The notes: a model not told the origin generated them from the letters alone. 64,000 bases of DNA from an uncultured Clostridia bacterium (GCA_934149275.1 CAKPEG010000008.1:210-64209); one strand, 5' to 3'. Positions 36,455 through 46,160 are shown, numbered from the stretch's first letter. Numbers and translations are program-made.

Positions 36455-37666
36455 ATGAAAAATTTAGTTGCTCGAAGATATTTAATATTTTCTATGGTTA
36501 TTATTTTAATATTTATGTCATGTATGGTAGGGTTTAATATTTATCAAGATGCTGAGTATAAGGAAGCTTTGAATAAGTATGCATGTGCTGTGGTTGAGAT
36601 GGTTAAGGAAAAGTATCCAGAGGTGAGTGAAGAGGATATTGTTAAGCTTGTTAATGCTGAGAATGTTGAGGGTTCGGATGATGTGCTTGCGGATTATGGA
36701 ATTTCTGGTGATGTATATGTTTTTAAGAGTATGGAACATACTAGAAGAGTTACGGTGATTGGTAATATTGTTATTTTGACTATGTTAGGTGTTTTGTCAT
36801 TAGTTGTGTTTGGCGTGTATACTAGTAAAAGAAAGAGGAAGATTGACGAGTTAGATAGATATATTCAAGATGTTTCTAATAAGATGTATGAGATTGGGAT
36901 TGATAAGGAATCTGAGGACGAGCTTAATAGGTTAAAGGATTCTTTGTATAAAATTACGGTTATGTTGAAAGAAGATTCAGAAAGTAAGAGAAAGCAGAAT
37001 GAGGCAATTTTGGAGTTGGTTTCTGATATTTCTCATCAGTTGAAAACACCGATTACGTCAATTCAGATTTTGCTTGATAATATTTTAGAAAATGAGAATA
37101 TGGATAGTGATACGCGAAGAAAGTTTACATTAGAGATTTTAAGGCAAGTTAAGGGAATGAATTTTTTGATTTTTTCTTTGCTAAAGTTGTCGAAGTTGGA
37201 TGCTTGTGTAGTTGAGTTTGATAATGAGAAGATTTCTGTAAATAAGCTTGTAACAGATATTTTAGCTGATTTGGATGTGCTTATTGAGTTGAAACATCTT
37301 TATGTTCATGTGAATGTTCCAGAGAATGTTCGTTTTGATGGGGATTATAATTGGAATAAAGAAGCGGTTTTGAATATTGTTAAAAATGCAGTTGAATATA
37401 CTCCGGATGGAAAGAATATTTTTATTGGTGCTGAGGAGAATGATTTGTATACTAAGATTGTAATTAGAGATGAAGGAAAGGGGATTGATGAGAAGGATTT
37501 GCCTCATATTTTTGAGAGGTTCTATAAGAGAGATAATTCAGCTGAGGATAGTTTTGGTATTGGTTTAGCACTTTCAAAGTCGATTGTTGAAAAGCAGGAT
37601 GGGTTTGTTAGTGTGGATTCGGAGGTTGGAGTTGGGACTACATTTACGATTAAGTATTTTAAGTAA
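36455..37666 (+). CDS. Sensor histidine kinase
   Basis: Two TM helices flank a loop of about 65 aa. H-box SDISHQLKTP. N/G boxes (NAVEYT, DEGKGI, GIGLAL). Confidence 0.85.
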   Translation: MKNLVARRYLIFSMVIILIFMSCMVGFNIYQDAEYKEALNKYACAVVEMVKEKYPEVSEEDIVKLVNAENVEGSDDVLADYGISGDVYVFKSMEHTRRVTVIGNIVILTMLGVLSLVVFGVYTSKRKRKIDELDRYIQDVSNKMYEIGIDKESEDELNRLKDSLYKITVMLKEDSESKRKQNEAILELVSDISHQLKTPITSIQILLDNILENENMDSDTRRKFTLEILRQVKGMNFLIFSLLKLSKLDACVVEFDNEKISVNKLVTDILADLDVLIELKHLYVHVNVPENVRFDGDYNWNKEAVLNIVKNAVEYTPDGKNIFIGAEENDLYTKIVIRDEGKGIDEKDLPHIFERFYKRDNSAEDSFGIGLALSKSIVEKQDGFVSVDSEVGVGTTFTIKYFK

Positions 37667-37668
37667 GC

Positions 37669-37790
37669 GTTGAAAAATAATTACAATTTTATCTGTGTCA
37701 AAAAGATATCAAAACGCAGTTACGTATACACATACGCTCCTTTGCCTTTTGATATCTTTTTTCCTGGCTAAAATTTAATTCTTTTCCAAC
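37669..37790. repeat. Long imperfect palindrome LIR-B (122 bp)
   Basis: Ends GTTGAAAAATAATT.../...AATTCTTTTCCAAC. A 15-bp perfect middle stem AAAAAGATATCAAAA/TTTTGATATCTTTTT. Apex ACGTAT-ACAC-ATACGCT. Same length and end/apex motifs as LIR-A. Confidence 0.7.
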
Positions 37791-37818
37791 CTCTTGCAGA
37801 TTATATTGAATAAAAAAC

Positions 37819-37851
37819 TGTCATTTGATTGTCACTTTTGATTTATATAAT
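37819..37851 (+). promoter_or_regulatory. Putative RR-dependent promoter of the ABC transporter genes
   Basis: Direct repeats TGTCA at 37819-37823 and 37830-37834 (11-bp period) overlap the -35 position. TATAAT at 37846-37851. Confidence 0.5.
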
Positions 37852-37885
37852 GTGTTTAGTAAATTTATTAAGAAAGGATTTTGTT

Positions 37886-38554
37886 ATGGAAATATTAAGA
37901 GTTGAAAATTTAACAAAAAGATATGGAAAAGGTGATAATCAGGTTGTTGCGGTGGATGATGTTTCTTTTTCAATTGAGAAGGGCGAGTTTGTTGCAATAG
38001 TTGGTAGTTCTGGAAGTGGAAAGTCTACATTGCTTCATTTGATTGGTGGTGTTGATAGGCCTACTTCTGGTAAGGTTTTTATTGAGGGGAAGGATATTTA
38101 TTCTTTGAATGATGATGCTTTAGCGATTTTCAGAAGAAGACAGGTCGGAATTATTTATCAGTTTTATAATTTGATTCCTATTTTAAATGTTGAGGAAAAT
38201 ATTACTTTGCCTTGTGAACTAGATGGAAAGAAACCTGATCAAAGACAATTAAATGATTTGATTGCGACTTTAGGATTAACTAATAGGAAAAGACATTTAC
38301 CTAATCAATTATCAGGTGGTCAACAGCAAAGAGTTTCAATTGGAAGGAGTCTTATAAATAATCCAAGTATTGTGCTTGCTGATGAACCTACGGGAAATCT
38401 TGATTCGAAGGCTAGTGAAGAGATTGTAGAGTTGCTACGTTTGTCTAATAAAAAATATAATCAAACAATTGTTATGATTACTCATGATTTAGAGATTGCA
38501 AAGACTGCTGATAGGATTATAAAAATCGAAGATGGCAGAATTGTAAAAAGGTAG
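37886..38554 (+). CDS. ABC transporter ATP-binding protein (MacB/BceA-like)
   Basis: Walker A GSSGSGKST, signature LSGGQQQR, Walker B LADEPT. ATG 37886 is chosen over the track start at 37829. Confidence 0.9.
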   Translation: MEILRVENLTKRYGKGDNQVVAVDDVSFSIEKGEFVAIVGSSGSGKSTLLHLIGGVDRPTSGKVFIEGKDIYSLNDDALAIFRRRQVGIIYQFYNLIPILNVEENITLPCELDGKKPDQRQLNDLIATLGLTNRKRHLPNQLSGGQQQRVSIGRSLINNPSIVLADEPTGNLDSKASEEIVELLRLSNKKYNQTIVMITHDLEIAKTADRIIKIEDGRIVKR

Positions 38555-41155
38555 GTGAGTAATATGAATTTGTTGAATAGATTGACTTTAAAGAATTTGA
38601 GGCTGAACAAAAAGAGAACTTTGGTTACTATAATTGGTATTATTTTGTCTACGGCTTTAATTACTGGTGTTGCAACTCTTGTTAGTAGTTTTAGGAGTAC
38701 GATTATTGAATATGAAAAGCAGCATTCTGGGGATTATCATTATGTGTTTTATAATGTACCTGCTGATGATTTGAAGTACATAAGAAATAATAGAAATGTT
38801 GAGGATGTATATTTAAATGAAGATTTAGGTTATAGTTTATTGAATGGCGGAAAGAATGAGGATAAACCTTATTTGTATTTGAAAGCATATTCAAAAGGTT
38901 CTATTGAAAAATTGGGCATTAGTTTAGTTGATGGACGTTTGCCAGAGAATGATAATGAAGTTGTAATTTCATCTCATATAAAATCTAATGGTGGTGTTGA
39001 ATATAAAATTGGTGATGAACTTGATTTGAATTTAGGAGAGAGAATAAGTGATGGTGAAAGTTTAGGACAAGGTGTGGCTCTGAAAGATGTTGAAAATGAA
39101 GAATTTGTTCCTAAAAGTGAGAAAACTTACAAGATTGTTGGAATAATTGAAAGACCTAATTTGGATGTTGAACCTTATACAGCACCTGGATATACGGTGT
39201 TAACAATATTAAGTGACAAATATGTCACAAATAATTTGAATGTGTATGTAAGGTATAAAGACGTAAAGAAACATATCACTACAACTGCTCAAATTATAGA
39301 AATTGATGAACAAGTAATGAAACGTATAACAGATCCATCTAATGGAATGATTAGTGAGTCAGATACTGAAGCTTTTGGAAATGCTAAATATTCATTTTCT
39401 GAAAATGATGGTTTATTAAGATGGGAAAATTTAGAGTTTAATGAAAGTACTACAAATACATTATATGCAGTTAGTGCTGTTGTTATAGTTATTATTATTG
39501 TTACTTCTGTTTTTTGTATTAAAAATAGCTTTGAAATTTCTATTACAGAAAAAACAAGACAGTATGGTATGCTTGCCTCTGTTGGTGCTACTTCAAAACA
39601 GATTAGAAAGAATGTATTGTATGAAGGTTTAATTCTAGGACTTATTGGAATTCCTGTTGGAATATTAAGTGGTTTAGTAGCTATTTTTATTTTACTTAAA
39701 GTTATTTCAAATATTTTAAAAGACTTTTTAGGCATAGAATTTATATATGCAACAAGTTTTTTAGCAATAGCAATTTCAATTGTTCTTGCCAGTATTACTA
39801 TTTATTTATCTGCTAGAAAGTCTGCGAAGAAGGCTAGCAAAATCTCACCAATTGAAGCTATTAGAAATGCAGATGATATAAAAATTAAAGCTAAGAAATT
39901 AAGAACGCCAAAGATTATAAAAAGATTATTTGGTATAGGAGGAGATATTTCATATAAGAATTTAAAAAGAAATAGAAAGAAATATAGAACAACAGTAATT
40001 TCAATTATTGTTAGTGTTTCAATTTTTATTGCGATGAGTGCATTTGTACAATATGCATTTGGTGCTACATCCGTATATTACAAAAATTACGATTATAATC
40101 TTGTGGTAAATGCGAGTGAAAGTGATATTAATCAGTTATTAGAAATTGCAAAAAATGATACTGTAAAAAAATATTCTATTACTAGACAATTAATGCTTGA
40201 TGTTTCTGGAAAAGAGCTTACAAATCATTATACTAATGAAAAAAAGAGTGCTGATGAGAGTATTGGTGTTATAAATCCTGATAATGAAAAGGATTACATA
40301 ACAATTTTTGCAGTTGGAAAAGAAGAATATATGAGATTTTTAAATAAGAATGGTTTAAAGTATGAAGATGTAAAAGATAAAGTTATTTTAAAGGATTCGA
40401 CTAAAACGTATATTGATAGTAAGAAAACATATTCAATGTATAGAGTTTATGATTATAAAAAAGGTGATTATATTAGCGCTAGTATAGATGGTAAGAGCAT
40501 TGATTTAGAAATTGCTGCGATTGTTGATTCGGTTCCAATGGGACTTCAAAATGATTATTATTCAAATGGAATGCTTATAGTTAGTGATGAGTTTTTTGAT
40601 AAGTATAAAAATAAAGATGATATGAGTGTAAGCTTATATGCTGATTCTAGCAATCCAAGTGAACTTGAAGAGTTTGCTAAGAAATCAAGTGCGGTAAAAT
40701 ATGTGGAGAATATTGAAACGATGGTTAAAGAACAAAGTGCTATGTGGTTGGTTATTTCTATTTTCTTATATGGATTTATTGCTGTTATTTCTTTGATTGG
40801 TGTTACAAATATATTTAATACGATTACAACTAATATGGAGTTGCGTCAAAAGGAATTTGCTAATTTGAAATCAATTGGTATGACGAAAAAAGAGTTTAAC
40901 AGGATGATTAGATTGGAAAGTGTTTTATATGGTGGTAAGGCTTTAGTTATTGGTATACCAATTGGAATTGGTTTGTCTTATTTATTATTTAAATCTTTTG
41001 GTATTGGATATGAGATGACGTACGAGTTACCATTAAAAGCAATTGGCATTTCAATTATTGCTGTTGTTGTTTTAATTTGGGTTATTATGAGATTTTCTTT
41101 GAAGAAAATTAATAAGCAAAATATTATTGAAACAATAAGGAAGGATAATATATAG
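38555..41155 (+). CDS. ABC transporter permease with two FtsX-type domains
   Basis: 866 aa. Two 4-TM FtsX-like blocks separated by a large soluble region. The start could be GTG 38555 or ATG 38564. Confidence 0.8.
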   Translation: MSNMNLLNRLTLKNLRLNKKRTLVTIIGIILSTALITGVATLVSSFRSTIIEYEKQHSGDYHYVFYNVPADDLKYIRNNRNVEDVYLNEDLGYSLLNGGKNEDKPYLYLKAYSKGSIEKLGISLVDGRLPENDNEVVISSHIKSNGGVEYKIGDELDLNLGERISDGESLGQGVALKDVENEEFVPKSEKTYKIVGIIERPNLDVEPYTAPGYTVLTILSDKYVTNNLNVYVRYKDVKKHITTTAQIIEIDEQVMKRITDPSNGMISESDTEAFGNAKYSFSENDGLLRWENLEFNESTTNTLYAVSAVVIVIIIVTSVFCIKNSFEISITEKTRQYGMLASVGATSKQIRKNVLYEGLILGLIGIPVGILSGLVAIFILLKVISNILKDFLGIEFIYATSFLAIAISIVLASITIYLSARKSAKKASKISPIEAIRNADDIKIKAKKLRTPKIIKRLFGIGGDISYKNLKRNRKKYRTTVISIIVSVSIFIAMSAFVQYAFGATSVYYKNYDYNLVVNASESDINQLLEIAKNDTVKKYSITRQLMLDVSGKELTNHYTNEKKSADESIGVINPDNEKDYITIFAVGKEEYMRFLNKNGLKYEDVKDKVILKDSTKTYIDSKKTYSMYRVYDYKKGDYISASIDGKSIDLEIAAIVDSVPMGLQNDYYSNGMLIVSDEFFDKYKNKDDMSVSLYADSSNPSELEEFAKKSSAVKYVENIETMVKEQSAMWLVISIFLYGFIAVISLIGVTNIFNTITTNMELRQKEFANLKSIGMTKKEFNRMIRLESVLYGGKALVIGIPIGIGLSYLLFKSFGIGYEMTYELPLKAIGISIIAVVVLIWVIMRFSLKKINKQNIIETIRKDNI

Positions 41156-41173
41156 TTTGAAAAAGTAAAGGAA

Positions 41174-41207
41174 AAGGGGTCATATGACCCCTTCCTCATT
41201 TTTTTTC
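41174..41207. terminator. Bidirectional terminator
   Basis: AAGGGGTCATATGACCCCTT palindrome followed by a T-run. It overlaps the last codons of the minus-strand 82-aa gene. Confidence 0.8.
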
Positions 41208-41428
41208 TTTAACCTGCACCGGCGCACTTGAATTGCTTTAACAGAATGTTGAATGATTTTTGACAACTCAGTATCAGAAATAAGATGCTCCAAAACCATT
41301 TTATCTTGTTCGACAGTCCAAGTACTCTGACCGTAAAAACTGGTTTTGCTATAGTATCTTTTTTTCTGAGCGTTTGTAGTTTTTCGAAACTTTTTCATGT
41401 CGGCATACGCATATTTTCTGTTTGGCAT
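41180..41428 (-). CDS. Small basic protein with SANT/Myb-like helix pattern
   Basis: SD AAGGAGAG upstream. W-x2-EQD-x3-L...ELSKII.HS.KAIQVRR resembles Myb/RsfA-type DNA-binding repeats. G+C is modestly higher than in the flanks. Confidence 0.5.
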   Translation of the reverse strand: MPNRKYAYADMKKFRKTTNAQKKRYYSKTSFYGQSTWTVEQDKMVLEHLISDTELSKIIQHSVKAIQVRRCRLKKKNEEGVI

Positions 41429-41472
41429 ATTTACTCTCCTTATTCAAATTATTGTTTGCAAGTTACCAAAAT

Positions 41473-41526
41473 AACTTGAGAATCTCAAGTTGAAAATATT
41501 ATAACACATACTGAGTATTTCGCCAA
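41473..41526 (-). promoter_or_regulatory. Promoter and palindromic operator of the 82-aa gene
   Basis: On the minus strand: TTGGCG (41521-41526), 17-nt spacer, TATAAT (41498-41503). A perfect palindrome AACTTGAG-AAT-CTCAAGTT (41473-41491) lies just downstream of the -10. Confidence 0.55.
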
Positions 41527-41677
41527 TGTCTATTTTTTGAAAAATGTTATGTTAGAAATTGTTGCGGAAAAGATGATTGAGAAAATAAGAAATTATTAAA
41601 CTTAACAAATAGTCTACTTTATGGTAGACTATTTGTAGTTTATTGAATTAAATATTTGAAAGGAATGATATTATTAA

Positions 41678-42214
41678 ATGTTGTATGTAATAAGACATGG
41701 TCAAACTGATTGGAATGTGGAAGGAAAAACACAGGGAAGTATTGATATTAAACTAAATGAAACAGGAAAAGAGCAAGCTGAAAAGGTGAAAAATGAACTT
41801 ATGAATACGAGAATAGATGTTGTTTTGTGTAGCCCACGAAATAGGTGTAAAGAAACGGCAAAAATAGTTTGTGAAGGTAGAGATGTTCAAATTATTGAAT
41901 TAGATGAATTGCGTGAAAGAGATTTTGGAGAGTTCGAAGGTAAGAAAAAGAATGTTGAATATGATTGGGTAGAGTTTTGGAATTGGGAAGCGGATAGACA
42001 TTATGAGAAAGCTGAGAATGTTCGAGATTTTTTTGATAGAGTTTCAGATGTTATAGAAAAAATACGAAAAGAATATGCTGATAAAAATGTTTTGATTGTT
42101 ACACACGCTGGAATTTGTGCGATGATGTATTGTTATTTTAATAATTTAAAACCAGATGGAAAATTAAAGATTCCAGGAGCGGGTAATTGTGAATTGAATA
42201 TGTATGATGTATAA
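41678..42214 (+). CDS. Histidine phosphatase family protein (phosphoglycerate mutase-like)
   Basis: RHGQTDWN catalytic motif and a downstream THAG histidine. Confidence 0.8.
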   Translation: MLYVIRHGQTDWNVEGKTQGSIDIKLNETGKEQAEKVKNELMNTRIDVVLCSPRNRCKETAKIVCEGRDVQIIELDELRERDFGEFEGKKKNVEYDWVEFWNWEADRHYEKAENVRDFFDRVSDVIEKIRKEYADKNVLIVTHAGICAMMYCYFNNLKPDGKLKIPGAGNCELNMYDV

Positions 42215-42239
42215 AAAATGAAGGATATTATGAATTATT

Positions 42240-43922
42240 ATGAAAGATTTTTTGAAAGTAAATTATAAATATATTATTGTGATTTTTGTTATTAGTGCTG
42301 TTATGACTTTTTTTATGACGAAAAAAGAAGGATTTCATGAGGATGAAATGTTTTCTTATGGTTCGTCTAATTATGCTTATGACAATGTTTACAGACCTTA
42401 TGGCAAGGAAGATGAAACGAATATTTTTGTTAAAGAAAAGATTATGAATGATAATATTATTCAGAATTTGAAGTATTATTTGATTGATCATAGGGATGTA
42501 AAAGATGAAACTTTGGCTAGTATTAAGTCTGAGTTTGTTCCAACATGGAGAAGTTCTGATGAGGCAAATGATTATTTAACTATTCAGCCAAAGGATGCGT
42601 TAAATTATGGAATGGTTTATTATAATCAATCTCGTGATATTCATCCGCCTCTTTTTTATTTTTTAGTACATACAGTTTCAATATTTTTTGTGGGGCATTT
42701 TTCAAAGTATATTATTTTTAGTATTAATCTTATTTTTATGATTTTGAGTTTATGGACTATAAAAAATATTTTTGAAAAATTGGATAAAAAACATTTAATT
42801 GTTCCTGCTTTAATTTTGTATGGATTCAGTATGGGGGCGATTTCAACGGTCATTTTTCAAAGGATGTATTCTATGCTTAATTTCTTTGTTTTAATGTTTA
42901 TTTCAGCTAACATTGATATTATAAAAAAAGATTTTGATATAGATAAAAAATTATGGAATAAACTCACTTGGATTGTTTTACTTGGATTTTGGACGCAATA
43001 TTATTTTTGCATTGTTGCTGGAGTGGTTGCGGTTTTAGTTTTAATAGGAGTGATAAGAAAGCAAGGAAAACAGGGCGCTATAACGTATATTTTGAAATAT
43101 TTAAAAATGGCTGTGATAGGTGTATTGCTTTATCCATTGAGTATTAATCATATTTTCTTTTCATATCGTGGAGTCGGAAAAGCTGAGATGGCAAGAGGGT
43201 TTGGCGAAAAGTTAGTAGAGTATTTGAATATTATAGGATATTCTTTTTCCGTTCCTGTTTTGGCTATAGCTATATGTTTGATTTTATTGGTTATGGCGGT
43301 TGCTGTAAAATCTGTGATTGATAAGAAAGTTGATAAAAATGCTTTAGGTGCAGGTGCGATTATATTTTCTGTAATTTGTTATGTTTGTGTTATTGTAAAG
43401 GTTTCACCGGAATTGCAAGATGCAAATATTATAAGATATATAATGTGTGTTTTGCCGTTAATAATTATTTCAATTTTATTGTTAATTGATACTGTTATTA
43501 AAAATAAAAATGTGCTAAAATATAGTTTAGTTGGAATTTTGTTGGTAATTTCAGTTTATGGATTAATGTTTAGTGAGCCTGCTTTTCTTTATAAAGGTTA
43601 TGCTAAGTATTTAGAAATTGCTGAAGAAAATAAGGAAGATAAGTTTGTGTATGTTGGAGATACGGTGTTTAATCATATTCAAAGTATGCCTGAATTTGCA
43701 ACATATAGTGAGAGTTTAATATTGAATGAAAATCAATTAGATGTTTTGGAAAATGATTCTAAGCTTTCAGAAGAAAATGAATTTATTTTGAGCATAAAGA
43801 AGTACAAAGGTGCTGATGAGATTTTGGCTAAAGTTATTGAGAAAACCGGCTTTTTAAATTATGAAGTTTTACTTGATGATGATGGAGACGTTGGTTGTAA
43901 GATTTACAAGGTGATGAGGTAG
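42240..43922 (+). CDS. Polytopic membrane glycosyltransferase-like protein (GT39/ArnT-like)
   Basis: More than 10 TM helices. The first loop has FHEDE and DIHPPLFYFLVH motifs as in GT-C family 39 enzymes. Soluble C-terminal domain. Confidence 0.55.
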   Translation: MKDFLKVNYKYIIVIFVISAVMTFFMTKKEGFHEDEMFSYGSSNYAYDNVYRPYGKEDETNIFVKEKIMNDNIIQNLKYYLIDHRDVKDETLASIKSEFVPTWRSSDEANDYLTIQPKDALNYGMVYYNQSRDIHPPLFYFLVHTVSIFFVGHFSKYIIFSINLIFMILSLWTIKNIFEKLDKKHLIVPALILYGFSMGAISTVIFQRMYSMLNFFVLMFISANIDIIKKDFDIDKKLWNKLTWIVLLGFWTQYYFCIVAGVVAVLVLIGVIRKQGKQGAITYILKYLKMAVIGVLLYPLSINHIFFSYRGVGKAEMARGFGEKLVEYLNIIGYSFSVPVLAIAICLILLVMAVAVKSVIDKKVDKNALGAGAIIFSVICYVCVIVKVSPELQDANIIRYIMCVLPLIIISILLLIDTVIKNKNVLKYSLVGILLVISVYGLMFSEPAFLYKGYAKYLEIAEENKEDKFVYVGDTVFNHIQSMPEFATYSESLILNENQLDVLENDSKLSEENEFILSIKKYKGADEILAKVIEKTGFLNYEVLLDDDGDVGCKIYKVMR

Positions 43923-43924
43923 AA

Positions 43925-44650
43925 ATGATATTTGTTGATAAAGTTAAAATAGGATTAAGAGATACTGGAAAAGATTGTTTAATAAAAAATGAGGCTATTC
44001 TTGAAATTCTTGAAAATGTTGGTGGAGAGCAATCTGATTTAGCGGGATATGGAATATTGGATATTGAAAGGACAAAGCTTAGTTGGATTTTGCTTGATTG
44101 GACAGTTAAGGTTATTAAAAGACCTGCTTATCCTGAGGAGTTAGAAGTTAGAACTTGGGGAAGATGTTTTCAAAAGGCGTATACATATAGGGATTTTGAG
44201 GTTTATAATTCAAAGGGAGAATTGTGTATTAAAGCTACTACTAAGTGGGTTATGATTAATAGCGATACTAGAAAGATTGTTAGAATGGGACCAGAAGTAA
44301 AGGAGGCTTATAAACCTGAAGATTATAGTTCTTTTGGTGATTATAATTTCCCTAAGCCAGAAGTTCCCATTGAATTTTCAAATGAGGTTAAATATACTGT
44401 ATCTAGAAAAGATATTGATATTAATGGTCATATGCATAATACATATTATTTGAATTTGGCTTATGATGCTTTGCCTGAGGATATTTATGATGCAAGACCT
44501 TATGATATTTTTAGAATAACGTATAAGCATGAGATTAAATTGGGTGATACGGTTATTTGTAAGTATGCTTATTTTAATGGCAAACATGTTGTTGTTATTA
44601 TGAGCGAGGATGGTAGTGTTGTTAATTCTGTAATTGAATTATCAAAATAA
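43925..44650 (+). CDS. Acyl-ACP thioesterase
   Basis: Double hot-dog layout. LSWILLDWTVKV...RTWG in the first half and DINGHMHNTYYLN in the second. Confidence 0.75.
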   Translation: MIFVDKVKIGLRDTGKDCLIKNEAILEILENVGGEQSDLAGYGILDIERTKLSWILLDWTVKVIKRPAYPEELEVRTWGRCFQKAYTYRDFEVYNSKGELCIKATTKWVMINSDTRKIVRMGPEVKEAYKPEDYSSFGDYNFPKPEVPIEFSNEVKYTVSRKDIDINGHMHNTYYLNLAYDALPEDIYDARPYDIFRITYKHEIKLGDTVICKYAYFNGKHVVVIMSEDGSVVNSVIELSK

Positions 44651-44674
44651 AATGTGATTACAAAGGATTTAAAG

Positions 44675-45142
44675 ATGAAGTTAAATAGTAAGATGGAATT
44701 TTATAAATATATTTATAAGTTGACTAAGTATAAGTATATTAAAAAGTTGCTTAAAAATTATAAGCAACATGGAAAGACGTCTGTGTGGGAACATTCTAGA
44801 AATGTGGCTTATAGGAGTTTTATGTTGGCGAAGAGATTGGAGAAGAGATACAATATCCAGTTTAATTATGATGATTTGATTGTTGGTGCTTATTTGCATG
44901 ATTTCTTTTTGTATGATTGGCATGAGAAGAGTAAGGATCATAGGTGGCATGGTTTTAGTCATCCTAAAACGGCTGCTAAGAATGCGAAGGAGATGTTTGA
45001 TATTTCTGAGAGTGAGCAGAAGATTATTGAGTCTCATATGTGGCCTCTTACTATTACGAAGTTGCCGAAGTCTAAGGAGGCTTTGCTTGTTTGTATGGTG
45101 GATAAGTATTCGGCTATTCTTGAGACGGTTAATAGGAAGTAG
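44675..45142 (+). CDS. HD-domain phosphohydrolase
   Basis: H...HD pattern ([21 protein letters not shown]). ATG 44675 follows AAAGGA. Confidence 0.7.
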   Translation: MKLNSKMEFYKYIYKLTKYKYIKKLLKNYKQHGKTSVWEHSRNVAYRSFMLAKRLEKRYNIQFNYDDLIVGAYLHDFFLYDWHEKSKDHRWHGFSHPKTAAKNAKEMFDISESEQKIIESHMWPLTITKLPKSKEALLVCMVDKYSAILETVNRK

Positions 45143-45227
45143 CGCGTTACATTGATTTTAAGGTTCATTTAAAATAATAAAATATATGCAGATAACTATA
45201 GAATAAAAAGAGAGCGGTGGTTATTAG

Positions 45228-46112
45228 GTGATTGATTTACATATACATACAAAGTATTCAGATGGAACGGATTCAGTAATTGAGGTATTGAGAAAGGCTG
45301 AGAAACTTGGCTTGAAGGCTATTGCTATAACGGACCATGAGAATTGTGACGCCTATAAAGAGATTGCTAAAATTGATGTTGGTAAATATTTTTCTGGAAG
45401 AGTATTGCATGGTATTGAGTTAAAGGCTAGGTATACTGATAGAGTTATTGATGTTCTTGGATATAATATTGATTGTGAGAAGATGGAAAAGTATTTGAAA
45501 GATTGTTATGGTAATGTTACTAGAGATGAAATTCAAGACAGACAGCTTAGAAAATTTTACGAGTATAAAGATGAGTATGGTTTGGTTTTAGACGATATTG
45601 ATAGTTTGAAGTGGGATAAGCATACTGGTTGGGCAAGTATTGTTTTTTATGATGAGTTGAAGAAACATGAGGAGAATAAAGCTAAGGTTCCAGCAGATAT
45701 GTGGGACAGTTTTACGGTGTTTAAGAGAAATTATTATCATGGTAAGGGTAAGCCTTTTTATGTAGATAATTCTGTCGATTATCCATCTTTGGAGAAGATT
45801 ATTGAGATTATTCATAAATCTGGAGGTTTGGCTTTTGTTGCGCATATATATGAGTATGCATGGATTGACGATAAAATTGCTGAACTGGAGAAGATTACAG
45901 ATGGTTATGATATTGATGGAATTGAGTGCTATCATAGTATATTTAGTCTTGAGCATATTGAATTGGTAAAGAAATTTTGCAAGAGTAGAGGTTTGCTTAT
46001 GAGTGGTGGTAGTGATTATCATGGTTTGCATAAGCCTGATATTGAAATTGGGTCTGGTAAAGGACAGTTGTGTATACCGGATGAGATTTATGAGAGAATT
46101 GTAGAAAAATAA
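45228..46112 (+). CDS. PHP-domain phosphoesterase (TrpH/YciV-like)
   Basis: IDLHIHTKYSDGT and ITDHEN motifs. C-terminal GGSDYHG. GTG start. Confidence 0.75.
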   Translation: MIDLHIHTKYSDGTDSVIEVLRKAEKLGLKAIAITDHENCDAYKEIAKIDVGKYFSGRVLHGIELKARYTDRVIDVLGYNIDCEKMEKYLKDCYGNVTRDEIQDRQLRKFYEYKDEYGLVLDDIDSLKWDKHTGWASIVFYDELKKHEENKAKVPADMWDSFTVFKRNYYHGKGKPFYVDNSVDYPSLEKIIEIIHKSGGLAFVAHIYEYAWIDDKIAELEKITDGYDIDGIECYHSIFSLEHIELVKKFCKSRGLLMSGGSDYHGLHKPDIEIGSGKGQLCIPDEIYERIVEK

Positions 46113-46113
46113 T

Positions 46114-46160
46114 AAAAGATACAATAGCTTTTTTAGTTATTGTATCTTTTATTATTTTTT
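46114..46160 (+). terminator. Intrinsic terminator
   Basis: AAAAGATACAATA/TATTGTATCTTTT stem followed by a T-rich run. Confidence 0.75.

Noticed and set aside
37669-37790. LIR elements considered as integron attC sites or as a CRISPR-like or retron msd structure.
   Set aside because: The ends read GTT...AAC, the reverse of the attC RYYYAAC...GTTRRRY order. There is no integrase, reverse transcriptase or cas gene in the window. The copies are not arrayed with regular spacers.
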